Shown: positions 39,317 to 49,869 of the stretch, piece by piece
How positions within the stretch are numbered: position 1 is the stretch's first letter
Layout: the number at the start of each line of letters is the position of its first letter
Origin: an uncultured Holosporaceae bacterium
GTDB taxonomy: Bacteria; Pseudomonadota; Alphaproteobacteria; UBA3830; CASESI01
Length of the DNA: 64,000 nt
Direction: 5' to 3'
NCBI GenBank assembly: GCA_949290705.1
Contig: CASESI010000014.1
Coordinates: 37,802-101,801, forward strand
The notes under the pieces: generated by a model
Databases searched by the model: none
Seen by the model: the letters and a program-made list of their open reading frames with translations, nothing else
Told to the model about the DNA's origin: nothing
Program-made: the position numbers and the translations under genes

Positions 39317-41284
39317 ATGAGGAAAACAACTATGAAAAAAATATTATGGAAACCTTCAGAAGAAAGATTTAATTCTTCTAATATAAAAAAATATATGGAT
39401 TTTTTACATATAAGGTACAATCTAAACTTTGATGATTATAATTCGTTATACCAATGGTCTGTAGATGACAATCTTGCCTTTTGGAATACATTTTGGTACT
39501 TTTCTGGAATCAAAGGGGAAAAAGGAGAGATTATTCTTGACAAACAAAAAGAATTTTATAAATCAAGATTTTTTACTGATTCGAAATTAAATTTCACTGA
39601 AAACCTTTTAAAGAGACGTGATGATGGTGATGCTATTGTATTCTGGGGAGAAGATCAACTAAAAAAGAGAATATCATTTAAGCAACTCTACGAATACGTT
39701 GTCAGGACAGCGATGGCATTACAAAAACTTGGTGTAAAAGAAAATGATATAGTTGGTGGATATACTGCGAATACGCCTGAAACTACAATTGCCGCTCTTG
39801 CAACCGCAAGTATAGGTGCTATTTGGTGTTCTTGTTCACCTGATTTCGGTATAGATGGCGCATTTGATAGGCTTGGACAGGTAAAACCAAAGGTCTTATT
39901 CGCTACAAATGGATACTACTATAGGGGTAAAACATTTGATAATACCTCAAAAATTACCGAAGTTGCAAAGAAACTTGATGGACTTGAAAAAGTTGTAATT
40001 TTACCTTATGCAGAAGTTGGATTACCAAGAAATCTTGGCAGAAAAGTAGTTGATATTTATGACTTTATGTATAAAGGCGATATATCCAAATTTGAATTTA
40101 AAAAATTTGAATTCAATCATCCACTGTATATATTGTTCACATCTGGGACAACAGGTGTTCCAAAATGTATCGTTCATGGCGCAGGAGGAACATTAATTCA
40201 ACACTTAAAGGAACATAAACTTCATTGTGATATAAAACCAAATGATAGAGTCTTTTACTTCTCAACATGTAGTTGGATGATGTGGAACTGGCATACATCT
40301 GTCCTTGCATCTGATGCAACATTGCTTTTGTACGATGGGTCTCCTTTGAATCCAACTCCAGAGGTACTATTTGACTACGCAGATGCTGAAGGCATGACAT
40401 TATTTGGAACATCCGCAAAATATCTGGATATTATAGCTAAAATGGGTGTAAATCCATCAAAGACTCATAACTTAAAAGAATTAAGAACATTGGCATGTAC
40501 AGGATCTCCTTTAAGCCCTGAAAACTATGATTACGTATATTCAAGCATAAAATCAGATATACATTTGAATTGTTTCTCTGGAGGAACTGACATTGTCTCT
40601 TGTTTCATAACAGGAAATCCTATTTCTGATGTCATAAGTGGAGAAATGCAAAGTATAGGACTTGGTATGGCTGTGAAAGTTTTTGGTGACGATGGAAAAG
40701 AAATGCCTAAAGGAAAACAGGGTGAACTCGTTTGCGTTAAAAATTTCCCATCTCAACCAAATTGTTTCTGGAATGATGCAGAAAATAAGAAATTCAAAAA
40801 ATCTTATTTCGAGAAATATCCAAATGTTTGGTGCCATGGAGATTGGATCGAAATTACACAAAATAACGGCGTCATTATTTCAGGACGTGCAGATGCCGTA
40901 TTAAATCCTGGTGGTGTTAGAATTGGAACAGCTGAGATTTACAATCAAGTGCAAAAGATCCCTGAAGTTCTTGAAAGCGTTGTTGTAGGACAAAAATGGG
41001 ATAATGATGAAAGGGTTATTCTTTTCGTGGTGCTTAAAGATGGATTAACATTAAACGATGACATAAAAACAAGAATTAAAAAAGTAATTCGTGAAAATGC
41101 AACGCCTCGCCATGTTCCGGATAAGATTATCCAGATGAGAGCTATTCCAAAAACCAAAAATGGTAAAATTACAGAAATTGCTGTCAAGTATGTGATTCAA
41201 GGCAAGGAGATTTTGAATAAAGATTCTCTCGAAAACCCTGAAGTACTTGAAGAGTACAAAAACTTGCCTGAATTACAATGTTAA
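39317..41284 (+). CDS. acetoacetyl-CoA synthetase (acetoacetate--CoA ligase)
   Basis: ANL-family AMP motifs YILFTSGTTGVPKCIVH and GDW...GR.D, with the long N-terminal LWKPSEERFNSSNIKKYMDFL region typical of acetoacetyl-CoA synthetases rather than Acs. Confidence 0.75.
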   Translation: MRKTTMKKILWKPSEERFNSSNIKKYMDFLHIRYNLNFDDYNSLYQWSVDDNLAFWNTFWYFSGIKGEKGEIILDKQKEFYKSRFFTDSKLNFTENLLKRRDDGDAIVFWGEDQLKKRISFKQLYEYVVRTAMALQKLGVKENDIVGGYTANTPETTIAALATASIGAIWCSCSPDFGIDGAFDRLGQVKPKVLFATNGYYYRGKTFDNTSKITEVAKKLDGLEKVVILPYAEVGLPRNLGRKVVDIYDFMYKGDISKFEFKKFEFNHPLYILFTSGTTGVPKCIVHGAGGTLIQHLKEHKLHCDIKPNDRVFYFSTCSWMMWNWHTSVLASDATLLLYDGSPLNPTPEVLFDYADAEGMTLFGTSAKYLDIIAKMGVNPSKTHNLKELRTLACTGSPLSPENYDYVYSSIKSDIHLNCFSGGTDIVSCFITGNPISDVISGEMQSIGLGMAVKVFGDDGKEMPKGKQGELVCVKNFPSQPNCFWNDAENKKFKKSYFEKYPNVWCHGDWIEITQNNGVIISGRADAVLNPGGVRIGTAEIYNQVQKIPEVLESVVVGQKWDNDERVILFVVLKDGLTLNDDIKTRIKKVIRENATPRHVPDKIIQMRAIPKTKNGKITEIAVKYVIQGKEILNKDSLENPEVLEEYKNLPELQC

Positions 41285-41300
41285 TCCATTAACATTTCAT

Positions 41301-41711
41301 CTAATTCAATTTTTTTATATTTTTAATTTCATCAAGCATATTTTGCTCTTTTTTGTCGGCTTTCTTTTTGATTTCTAACTTTTTGTTTTTAATAATTATT
41401 TCTATTTTTTTTACATTGGCAAATTGTTCTGCAATAATACCTTGTTTCTCTTCTATAATTTTGTTTAATTGATCTATTTTCTCTTGTAAATTTGAGAGCT
41501 GATTTTTTACAAAGTTACTGTAATTTTGAAATTGCATTATACTAAAATTATCTAGCATAGAAGAATTCGTATTCATCTTATAGTCATACTCTACTTTTGT
41601 TTTTTGATGCTCTAAGTTGTTCAACTCTACTTTAACAATATTTATATCATTGATATATTCATCCAGTTTATTTTTTTCTATCTTTAAAATAGAATCAAAT
41701 CTAGTTTTCAT
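41301..41711 (-). CDS. fliJ: flagellar export chaperone-like protein FliJ
   Basis: 136-aa all-helical protein with FliJ-like landmarks (DY...FQNYSNFV...L...I, C-terminal KKEQNMLDE). ATG at 41709-41711 verified. Confidence 0.55.
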   Translation of the reverse strand: MKTRFDSILKIEKNKLDEYINDINIVKVELNNLEHQKTKVEYDYKMNTNSSMLDNFSIMQFQNYSNFVKNQLSNLQEKIDQLNKIIEEKQGIIAEQFANVKKIEIIIKNKKLEIKKKADKKEQNMLDEIKNIKKLN

Positions 41712-42444
41712 ACTCCACCTCACGAATATCTTCTGATATACTCTTTGTAACCTGAAACATCCGAACAAACTGATATGCAGTTTTATGAAATTTGAAGAAA
41801 TCATCTGGATACAAATTTGAGAAGCACAATTTCTTATTTTGTATGTTGTAATCAAAAACGTCTAAAACCAATAAATACCCTTCTCCCTCTGGAATTTTAT
41901 ATCTTAATTTTTCAAGTTTATAAAAATCAACTGACGAATTATAGTTTTCAAATTTTTCTGAAGTTTTATTGTATGTTAAATTTTTTTCTACATCTATGTG
42001 CTCTGCTCGAAATAGTATTTTATTGGTCACAATGGCATCCGAGGTTAATTTTATAAATACTCGCCATGGAATTGTAATTCTATAATTATTACCTTCTTTG
42101 GAGGATTCAACAAGTGTCCAACACAATACCAATTTAGGAAAATTATTTTTTGTAATATCATTCGAATAAGTGTAAAAAATCAACTTAGACGCATTAATAA
42201 TTGCAAGCAACATATTTTTCGCATCTATGTGATCATAATTGCTTAAATTAGTTGGATTTTCTGCATCATAAATCTGCTTCAGTTTAGTTGGTAAATTTAC
42301 AGTATTTTTGGTAATTTTTTCTATCTCTTTCGAATAGCTTACGTAAGTCGCTAAATCTTGTACAGCGTATATTAATACTATAAGAATCGGCAATACAATT
42401 GCGAATTCAACCAAAACCGAACCTTTCTGATTTTTTAGTATCAT
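41701..42444 (-). CDS. TadE-like (Flp-pilus pseudopilin-like) protein
   Basis: N-terminus KGSVLVEFAIVLPILIVLIYAV is the TadE-like signature (G..vEFA..lP). The remaining ~210 aa are unassigned. Its stop overlaps the fliJ start by 11 nt. Confidence 0.5.
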   Translation of the reverse strand: MILKNQKGSVLVEFAIVLPILIVLIYAVQDLATYVSYSKEIEKITKNTVNLPTKLKQIYDAENPTNLSNYDHIDAKNMLLAIINASKLIFYTYSNDITKNNFPKLVLCWTLVESSKEGNNYRITIPWRVFIKLTSDAIVTNKILFRAEHIDVEKNLTYNKTSEKFENYNSSVDFYKLEKLRYKIPEGEGYLLVLDVFDYNIQNKKLCFSNLYPDDFFKFHKTAYQFVRMFQVTKSISEDIREVEYEN

Positions 42445-42515
42445 TTAGTGAATTTTTCATATACAATACGACACTGATGTTATTATTAAAATATTAATAA
42501 ACTCTAAATTTTGAT

Positions 42516-43847
42516 ATGCAACAAGAAAACAAAAATGTACTGATTCTCTCTGGAACCGATGAAGCGTTTTTTATAAACAAAAAGTATAAATACTGGAGAA
42601 AGAGAATCCTGGCATCTATCATAATTGGATATGCAATGTTTTATTTTCTAAGACAGAATTTTTCTGTAGTAACAGTTGCATTGCAGGATTTTTTTAATAT
42701 ATCTAAAACTGAAATCGGAGCAATCTTAACATTACATGCAACGGTATATGGAATTGGCAAAGGTATATGGTCAATTGTAAGCGACAAAAGTAATGCCAGG
42801 TTATTCATGCCTATAGGACTATTAGGAGCGTCATTAGCTAACATTATTACCTCCTTTTCTGACAACATAACGATGATAGGAATATGTTGGGCTATAAATG
42901 GATGCTTTTTATCTATGGGAGCTGCACCATGTATAAAATTAATTACATATTGGTTTACTAAGAATGAACGCGCTACCAAATGGGCTCTTTGGAATGCTTC
43001 CCAGCAGATAGGAGCTGCAAGTACCGTATTGATTTGTAGCCATTTACTTACTAGATATGGATGGAGGACTGTTTTTCTACTTCCAGGAATACTTGGAATA
43101 TTTATGGCAATTTTTCTTTTGTTCCGGCTTCGGGACACTCCGAAATCCATAGGGCTCCCAACGATTGAAGATTTTAAAGGGATTGACGATGTAACATTAA
43201 AGATTGACGAAACTCTTTCTATGAAAGAAATTATTTTTAAGAAACTTATTAAGAATAAAATTTTATGGTTATTATGCTTGGCAAACTTGTTCTTCTATCT
43301 CTTCAGAATGGGAATATTGAATTGGGCTCCAACTTTTTTAATGGAATTTAAAGGAAGCTCTCAAAAACTCGCTGGATTTCAAACGTCGCTTATGGACATT
43401 TCTTCTGTGTGTGGTGGAATTTTCGCAGGATATATTTCGGACAAGGTATTACACGGTAAACGTACTCCATTATGTATTTTATCTATGTTATTGCTAGCAT
43501 CAATGATGTTTATATTATTATATATTCCTCAAGAAAATAAATTTTTACAATCTCTTGTGATGTCAATAATTGGCGTTTTAATCACAGCGCCTCAAATTCT
43601 TGTTGGAGTAGCCGCAACAGATTTTTCATCAAAAAAAATCGCTGGAACTGCGAATGGATTAACAGGAAGTTTTGGATACCTCGGGGCATCAATTGCTGGC
43701 ATCGCAATAGGAACACTTGCAGAGGGATACGGTTGGCATTCTGCCTTTGGCTTGATAATATCATCAGCATTAATAAGTGCATTATTGTTTTTTGTGATTT
43801 TCTTAACAAACAAATGGTCAAGTCGTAAAAATTTATTAAATAAATAA
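42516..43847 (+). CDS. MFS organophosphate:phosphate antiporter (GlpT/UhpC family)
   Basis: YWRKRILASIIIGYAMFYFLRQNFSVV N-terminus is typical of GlpT/UhpC. 12 TM helices. Confidence 0.75.
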   Translation: MQQENKNVLILSGTDEAFFINKKYKYWRKRILASIIIGYAMFYFLRQNFSVVTVALQDFFNISKTEIGAILTLHATVYGIGKGIWSIVSDKSNARLFMPIGLLGASLANIITSFSDNITMIGICWAINGCFLSMGAAPCIKLITYWFTKNERATKWALWNASQQIGAASTVLICSHLLTRYGWRTVFLLPGILGIFMAIFLLFRLRDTPKSIGLPTIEDFKGIDDVTLKIDETLSMKEIIFKKLIKNKILWLLCLANLFFYLFRMGILNWAPTFLMEFKGSSQKLAGFQTSLMDISSVCGGIFAGYISDKVLHGKRTPLCILSMLLLASMMFILLYIPQENKFLQSLVMSIIGVLITAPQILVGVAATDFSSKKIAGTANGLTGSFGYLGASIAGIAIGTLAEGYGWHSAFGLIISSALISALLFFVIFLTNKWSSRKNLLNK

Positions 43848-43946
43848 TTCACACTAAAATACTTTGTAAGTGAAAATAAAACTCAAAATGTTGCTGATCT
43901 ATTAAAAAAGTGATAGCATCTCAATAATTAATTTTGGGATAATGTA

Positions 43947-44582
43947 ATGGAATTTTTTTTAGACTCCAGCAGCTTAGAGGAAATATCTGAATTTTCAGAA
44001 TTTATAGATGGTGTTACAACAAATCCAACTTTGTTATCAAAAGTTGATAAGCCATACAAAACAATTGAAAAAATCACAGAAATAATCTCAGGTCCTGTTA
44101 GCTTAGAAGTAATTTCTACGACAAAAGATGAAATCATAAATGAAATCGATAATATTTCGAGAATTGCAAAAAATATAGTTGTAAAAATTCCTCTTACAAC
44201 CAATGGATTAATCGCATTAAAATACGCAACTTCAAAAGGAATAAAAACCAATCTAACATTATGTTTCTCTGAAACACAGGCGGTATTTGCTGCTAAATTC
44301 GGGGCAACATACGTATCTCCTTTTATAGGTAGATTGGACGATCTTGGGCTTGATGGTATTAATTTAATTTACAATATATGCGAGATTTTTAACAATTATA
44401 ATTTCAACACTAAAGTTTTATCGGCATCTGTGAGATCTACTGCTCATGTTGTTGCAGCGATGAAAGCTGGGTCTGACGCAATTACTGTTCCTGCAAAAAT
44501 CTTAAAACAAATGTTATATCACCCATTAACAAATATAGGGCTTGATACATTTTTGAAGGATTGGAATAAGTCGAAAAAATAG
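43947..44582 (+). CDS. tal: transaldolase type 3B / fructose-6-phosphate aldolase-like
   Basis: MEFFLDSSSLEEI...GVTTNPTL...IVVKIP (Schiff-base Lys). 211 aa. Confidence 0.85.
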   Translation: MEFFLDSSSLEEISEFSEFIDGVTTNPTLLSKVDKPYKTIEKITEIISGPVSLEVISTTKDEIINEIDNISRIAKNIVVKIPLTTNGLIALKYATSKGIKTNLTLCFSETQAVFAAKFGATYVSPFIGRLDDLGLDGINLIYNICEIFNNYNFNTKVLSASVRSTAHVVAAMKAGSDAITVPAKILKQMLYHPLTNIGLDTFLKDWNKSKK

Positions 44583-44586
44583 CCTT

Positions 44587-45318
44587 ATGAAACATATTCC
44601 TCGAATTTTAGTCGAACAAAAAATCGGATTAACGTTTCATGTAAATGAGACGATAAATCTCGATGCATTCGATACAAACCATTTAAAAAATGTTTTAAAA
44701 ATTCGAAATAAAGAACATGTTATCGCATTTAATGATCTTGAAGAATGGGAATGTGAGCTAATTTACGATGCCAAAATATCTAAAATATTAATGATAAAAA
44801 AATTACGAGAAAAACAAGGTAACTGTAAATGTAAATTTCATATCTTTTTCGCATTATTTAAAAAACAAGACTTGTTGATAGAAAAAGCAACAGAAATTGG
44901 AGCGGATTATTTTCATCCAATTGTTTCTGATTTTACGAATTTCAAAGGCTTCAACTCTGCCAAATATGAGAAAATTGCGAAACAAGCTCTTGAACAAAGT
45001 AACAGAATAGGATACATAAAATTTAATTCTCCTGTTTCATTATCTAGTATTTACAACACGACCTTTCCAATTTTCACATGCGTAGAAAGATCAAATGCAC
45101 CATCAATATCAATGAATGTAAGACTCTTAGGCGAAAAAATCCCACAAGACGTTGGTATTTTAATAGGACCTGAAGGTGGTTTTTCTGCTAATGAAATTTC
45201 CTCTATTAAAAATTATAAAAATTTTATATCATCATCCCTAGTGGATAATATACTAAGATCTGAAACTGCAGGAATTTGCGCTCTTAGTATTTTAAAAGAT
45301 GCTCTTAATAATCGATAA
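44587..45318 (+). CDS. rsmE: 16S rRNA (uracil1498-N3)-methyltransferase
   Basis: C-terminal IGPEGGFSANEI and LRSETA motifs of RsmE. Confidence 0.8.
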   Translation: MKHIPRILVEQKIGLTFHVNETINLDAFDTNHLKNVLKIRNKEHVIAFNDLEEWECELIYDAKISKILMIKKLREKQGNCKCKFHIFFALFKKQDLLIEKATEIGADYFHPIVSDFTNFKGFNSAKYEKIAKQALEQSNRIGYIKFNSPVSLSSIYNTTFPIFTCVERSNAPSISMNVRLLGEKIPQDVGILIGPEGGFSANEISSIKNYKNFISSSLVDNILRSETAGICALSILKDALNNR

Positions 45319-45325
45319 AAAGCAA

Positions 45326-46414
45326 ATGATTAGTAATAAATTAAATATTCTCGTTGTCGCTGGCGGATCTGGAGGGCACATTTTCCCAGCACTAGAAACA
45401 ATGAATCGTTTATCTAACGTGAAGAACGAGTTACATGTAATTGATACCTGTTTTATCACAGACGAAAGAGGCGCTCGATTTATACCAAATACAACGAAGA
45501 AACTGATAATATTAAAAACTATCACTGTAACCTTAAAATCTGTTTTGGCATATTTTAGTAATTTTTTTAAACTCTTATATATTTTTTATAAAATCCGTCC
45601 CAATATTTTGATCGGATTTGGCGGAATCACAACTATCATTCCAGCATTTGTTGCTTGGATTTTTGGTGTACGTATTTTCATACATGAACAAAACGCAATT
45701 ATAGGAAAAGCTAATAGGTTTATATTAAAATACTTCAATGCTAAATGTTTCTTGTCTTTCAAAAATACAAAAGGAATATCTGATATGAGATTGGCGTCTT
45801 ATATAAATTTTCCTGTAAGATCAAATATAAAACAAAAAGATGCAATAATAGATTATGCCACCAAAAATGAAATAGGTATTTTGATAATTGCCGGAAGTCA
45901 AGGAGCTGATTTTTTCGACAATAATATTCCAAACATAATTTCAAAAGTATTTTCTGAAAATCCTAATATCCTATCTTCTATAAGGATCAAAATTTACGAA
46001 CAGGTGCATATTGAAAATCGAGAAAAGGTCAAAAATATTTACTCTAAATTAGGTATTGACGTTGAAATACAAACTTTTTTTGATAACATAGACGAATACA
46101 TTTCAAAGAGTGATTTAATGATCGCAAGAGCTGGAGCTAGCACAATATTTGAAATACTGTCCTCAAAAATACCAAGTATATTAATACCTCTTAAAAATTC
46201 TGCTGACAATCATCAATATCTTAACGCTGTGGAATTCTCAAAAATTCAAACAAAAATACAATTCATTGAAGAAGATGCAATTGGTAACTTATGTGATATG
46301 CTAAAAGAGGTATTTACATCTAAAAAATTGTTAATTGATGCGCAAAAGGAACTGCTAAATTTTAAAAGTAATATAAACTCAAACATAGAACAAAATGTTT
46401 TAAAGGTGTTGTAA
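45326..46414 (+). CDS. murG: UDP-GlcNAc:lipid I N-acetylglucosaminyltransferase
   Basis: VVAGGSGGHIFPAL N-terminal motif and ARAGASTIFE C-terminal motif. The ATG at 45326 avoids the overlap with rsmE that the track start at 45299 implies. Confidence 0.85.
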   Translation: MISNKLNILVVAGGSGGHIFPALETMNRLSNVKNELHVIDTCFITDERGARFIPNTTKKLIILKTITVTLKSVLAYFSNFFKLLYIFYKIRPNILIGFGGITTIIPAFVAWIFGVRIFIHEQNAIIGKANRFILKYFNAKCFLSFKNTKGISDMRLASYINFPVRSNIKQKDAIIDYATKNEIGILIIAGSQGADFFDNNIPNIISKVFSENPNILSSIRIKIYEQVHIENREKVKNIYSKLGIDVEIQTFFDNIDEYISKSDLMIARAGASTIFEILSSKIPSILIPLKNSADNHQYLNAVEFSKIQTKIQFIEEDAIGNLCDMLKEVFTSKKLLIDAQKELLNFKSNINSNIEQNVLKVL

Positions 46415-46417
46415 CAA

Positions 46418-47827
46418 ATGATTAATGATCTTAATGAAATTCTAAAAAGTAATGGCCTTGTACATATCTCTGGGATTGGAGGTATAGGAATGAGTGGGAT
46501 TGCTATACTTTTAAAAAATTTAGGATTTAATATTCAAGGAAGTGATACTTGTTTTAATGCTAATATTTCTAAATTAGAATCTCTTGGAATTAAAATATTT
46601 TTAGATCAATCAGCGCAAAATCTATATGGTGTAAACATATTGATAAAATCAACTGCAGTGCCTCCATCAAATCCAGAAATAAAATATGCATCGGACAATA
46701 ACATTTATATTATGTCCAGAGCCGAGGCACTGGAATTCTTAATGGCGAAAAAAATCTCAATTGCTGTAACGGGTGCACATGGAAAAACAACTACATCTGC
46801 TATGATGGCATCCTTACTTCTACATGCGAAAAAAGATCCATCCGTCCTTGTTGGTGGAATATTGAATGGAATCGGAACGAATGCTATTTCTGGAAAAAGT
46901 AATATCTTTGTAGCTGAATCTGATGAGTCTGATGGAACAATGAACAGCCTAACGCCAACATATTCAATCGTGACAAACATTGATCACGAGCATATGGATT
47001 ATTACAAAACTTACGATCACTTAAAAGAATGTTTTGCAAATTTTATATCAAAGACAACACAAATATCGTATGTTTTCAGAGATCAACCTGAATTATATGA
47101 ATTATCGAAAACCATAAACCATGTCGTATATTATGGAGAACATGAAAATGCTGATATACGACTTTTAAATTACAGTATGTCCAGTCATGGATCAGTATTT
47201 GATTTTGCAATTCATGATCAAATTTACAGCAATTATAAATTATCAAGACTTGGAAAACATAATATTTTAAATGCACTCCCTGTAATTGCGCTTGCAAAAG
47301 AACTCAACATAGATGATTCTATTATCAGAGAATCCTTGGAAAAATTTGCAGGAGTTGCTCGTAGATTTTCAATAATCCCAAACGATCTTGGAATTACGAT
47401 CGTTGACGATTACGCCCACCATCCAAGCGAAATTAAGGCCGTACTGGAAACTGCGAAACTTGTAACAAAAGGTAGAGTTTTTGCTGTCATACAACTTCAT
47501 AGATTTTCAAGATTTAATAACCTGTTTAATGATTTCTGCAAAATTGCTTCTATCCCTGATTATTCATATTTTACGTCAATTTATGCAGCAGGAGAACATG
47601 AAATTCAAGGATTATCCCATTACAATTTAATAGCAAATGTAAGAAATTCTGGGTTTAGCAATATAGACGACGCTGCAAACGTGATTGATCTTTCAAGCAA
47701 GATCGCTTCTAAAATTACCAGAGGTGACACTGTAATATTTTTGGGAGCTGGCAATATAACAAAATGGGCCGCAGAATTTCCTGCATTTTTAAAATCTGAA
47801 CTTGGGGAAAATGCTTTGCATGCATAA
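46418..47827 (+). CDS. murC: UDP-N-acetylmuramate--L-alanine ligase
   Basis: GIGGIGMSGIA, the GAHGKTTT P-loop, and DDYAHHPSEI. Confidence 0.9.
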   Translation: MINDLNEILKSNGLVHISGIGGIGMSGIAILLKNLGFNIQGSDTCFNANISKLESLGIKIFLDQSAQNLYGVNILIKSTAVPPSNPEIKYASDNNIYIMSRAEALEFLMAKKISIAVTGAHGKTTTSAMMASLLLHAKKDPSVLVGGILNGIGTNAISGKSNIFVAESDESDGTMNSLTPTYSIVTNIDHEHMDYYKTYDHLKECFANFISKTTQISYVFRDQPELYELSKTINHVVYYGEHENADIRLLNYSMSSHGSVFDFAIHDQIYSNYKLSRLGKHNILNALPVIALAKELNIDDSIIRESLEKFAGVARRFSIIPNDLGITIVDDYAHHPSEIKAVLETAKLVTKGRVFAVIQLHRFSRFNNLFNDFCKIASIPDYSYFTSIYAAGEHEIQGLSHYNLIANVRNSGFSNIDDAANVIDLSSKIASKITRGDTVIFLGAGNITKWAAEFPAFLKSELGENALHA

Positions 47828-47915
47828 AAATCTTGATAAAAAGTAAAAAAAAATGTATAATTCATGTAGTGGTTTTGTTTTTTATATTTTTGTTATATAA
47901 TTAGGACAATTGAGA

Positions 47916-48428
47916 ATGAATTTAGATAAGGAAGCCATAACTCTTCTTGCACAAATCTTGAAAGAAACTGGACTTAGTGAGATAGAGTACGAAAGAGACA
48001 ATCTCAGGATAAAGGTCTCTTCTAAGCAAGGATATATCCCTGCGGGTCAGGTTGTATATTCGGAAAATTACAATGCTGGTATGTTGAATGGAACGACTAA
48101 TTTTCCTGTTGCTCAGCCATCTGCAATACCTGTTCAGAATGTGATGCAGGAACAAAATTCTGAGGACAATGTTGTTGATTTTAACAAGTCCAATCCTAAT
48201 GCTGTAAAATCTCCAATGGTCGGCACCGTGTATTTATCACCTTCGCCAAACGAACCTACTTTTGTGAAAGTTGGGGACCCTGTGAAAAAAGGGCAAACCC
48301 TTTTAATCATCGAGGCGATGAAGGTGTTGAATATGATAAAATCGCCAAGAGACGGTGTTGTGAAAAAAATCTTGGTAAATAACGAAGATCCTGTTGAATA
48401 TGATCAGCCATTGGTAATAGTTGATTAG
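47916..48428 (+). CDS. accB: acetyl-CoA carboxylase biotin carboxyl carrier protein
   Basis: Biotinylation motif IEAMKVLN in the C-terminal lipoyl-like domain. Pro/Ala/Gln linker. Confidence 0.85.
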   Translation: MNLDKEAITLLAQILKETGLSEIEYERDNLRIKVSSKQGYIPAGQVVYSENYNAGMLNGTTNFPVAQPSAIPVQNVMQEQNSEDNVVDFNKSNPNAVKSPMVGTVYLSPSPNEPTFVKVGDPVKKGQTLLIIEAMKVLNMIKSPRDGVVKKILVNNEDPVEYDQPLVIVD

Positions 48429-48466
48429 TTTTTATTTTTCTCTTTTTGGTATTTTGGATTATTGGT

Positions 48467-49819
48467 ATGTTGTTCAGAAAAATACTTATCGCAAATCGTG
48501 GAGAAATCGCGTTGCGTGTTCTAAGAGCTTGTAAAGACCTTGGAATTAAGACTGTTACTGTATACTCCACTGCTGATGCTTACTCTAAACATGTTTTATT
48601 GTCTGATGAGAGTGTTTGTATAGGTCCCCCTGCCTCTAAAAACAGTTATCTGAATATGCAATCGATCGTTTCTGCCGCTGTTATTACTGGTGTTGACGCT
48701 ATACATCCTGGAATTGGCTTCTTAAGCGAGAATGTTGATTTCGTTAATATAGTAAAAGAACATGGATTGCAATTTATAGGACCATCTGCACATGATATGG
48801 AATTAATGGGGGATAAAGCACGCGCAAAAGAAACAGTAAAAACTTTCGGAATTCCTGTTGTTCCAGGATCAGATGGAGAAGTCAAATCTGTTGAAGAAGG
48901 TGTTAAAATTGCATCTGAAATCGGATTTCCTGTTCTTATAAAATCTGTCGGAGGTGGCGGAGGAAAAGGTATACAAGTCGCTCACAATGAACAAGAATTC
49001 CGTGAGCTATTCAGTATTGCAAAAACAGAAGCTGGAAATGCATTTGGGAATGATGCGCTTTATGTAGAAAAATTTCTGAAAAACCCAAGACATATAGAAG
49101 TTCAAGTGCTGGCTGATGGATATGGAAATGTCGTACACCTCGGGGAGAGAGATTGTTCTATACAAAGACGCAGACAAAAAGTGTTCGAAGAAACCCGCTG
49201 TCCTATTTTGACTGATGCTCAGCGTGAGGAATTATATTCCGTTGTCACGAATGCGATCAAAAAAATTGGGTATCTCGGCGTTGGAACGTTGGAATTCTTG
49301 TATGAAGACGGAAAATTTTACTTTATCGAAATGAATACCAGACTTCAAATTGAACACACTATAAGTGAAGAAATCACTGGTATCGATTTGGTAAAGGAAC
49401 AAATCCTGGTCGCATCAGGGGAAAAATTATCATTCACACAAGATCAAATTAAATTCGATGGACACGTTATTGAGTGTAGAATAAATGCTGAAAACCCAGA
49501 AACCTTTATCCCATCGCCTGGATTAATTCAAAATTATCATCAACCTGGCGGAATAGGTGTAAGGGTCGATGCGAATGTGTACAGTGGATACAGGATTCCT
49601 CCATATTATGATAGTTTGATAGCAAAATTGATAGTGAAAGGAAAAGATAGGAAGGAGTGTTTAATGCGAACATCAAGGGCTCTTTCTGAATTTTTGATCG
49701 AAGGTATTGATACATTGATACCATTCCACCAAAAACTTATAGAAAGACCAGAAATACAAAACGCTGATTATAACATTAACACTCTTGATAAGATTATCGC
49801 TTCTGAAAAAAATAATTAA
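48467..49819 (+). CDS. accC: acetyl-CoA carboxylase biotin carboxylase
   Basis: MLFRKILIANRGEIALRVLRAC..., an ATP-grasp domain, and EMNTRLQIEH. ATG at 48467 verified. Confidence 0.95.
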   Translation: MLFRKILIANRGEIALRVLRACKDLGIKTVTVYSTADAYSKHVLLSDESVCIGPPASKNSYLNMQSIVSAAVITGVDAIHPGIGFLSENVDFVNIVKEHGLQFIGPSAHDMELMGDKARAKETVKTFGIPVVPGSDGEVKSVEEGVKIASEIGFPVLIKSVGGGGGKGIQVAHNEQEFRELFSIAKTEAGNAFGNDALYVEKFLKNPRHIEVQVLADGYGNVVHLGERDCSIQRRRQKVFEETRCPILTDAQREELYSVVTNAIKKIGYLGVGTLEFLYEDGKFYFIEMNTRLQIEHTISEEITGIDLVKEQILVASGEKLSFTQDQIKFDGHVIECRINAENPETFIPSPGLIQNYHQPGGIGVRVDANVYSGYRIPPYYDSLIAKLIVKGKDRKECLMRTSRALSEFLIEGIDTLIPFHQKLIERPEIQNADYNINTLDKIIASEKNN

Positions 49820-49869
49820 ATTTTTTCTTTTTTAATATTTTATTTACTTTTCTGTACGAAACTTCGTAT

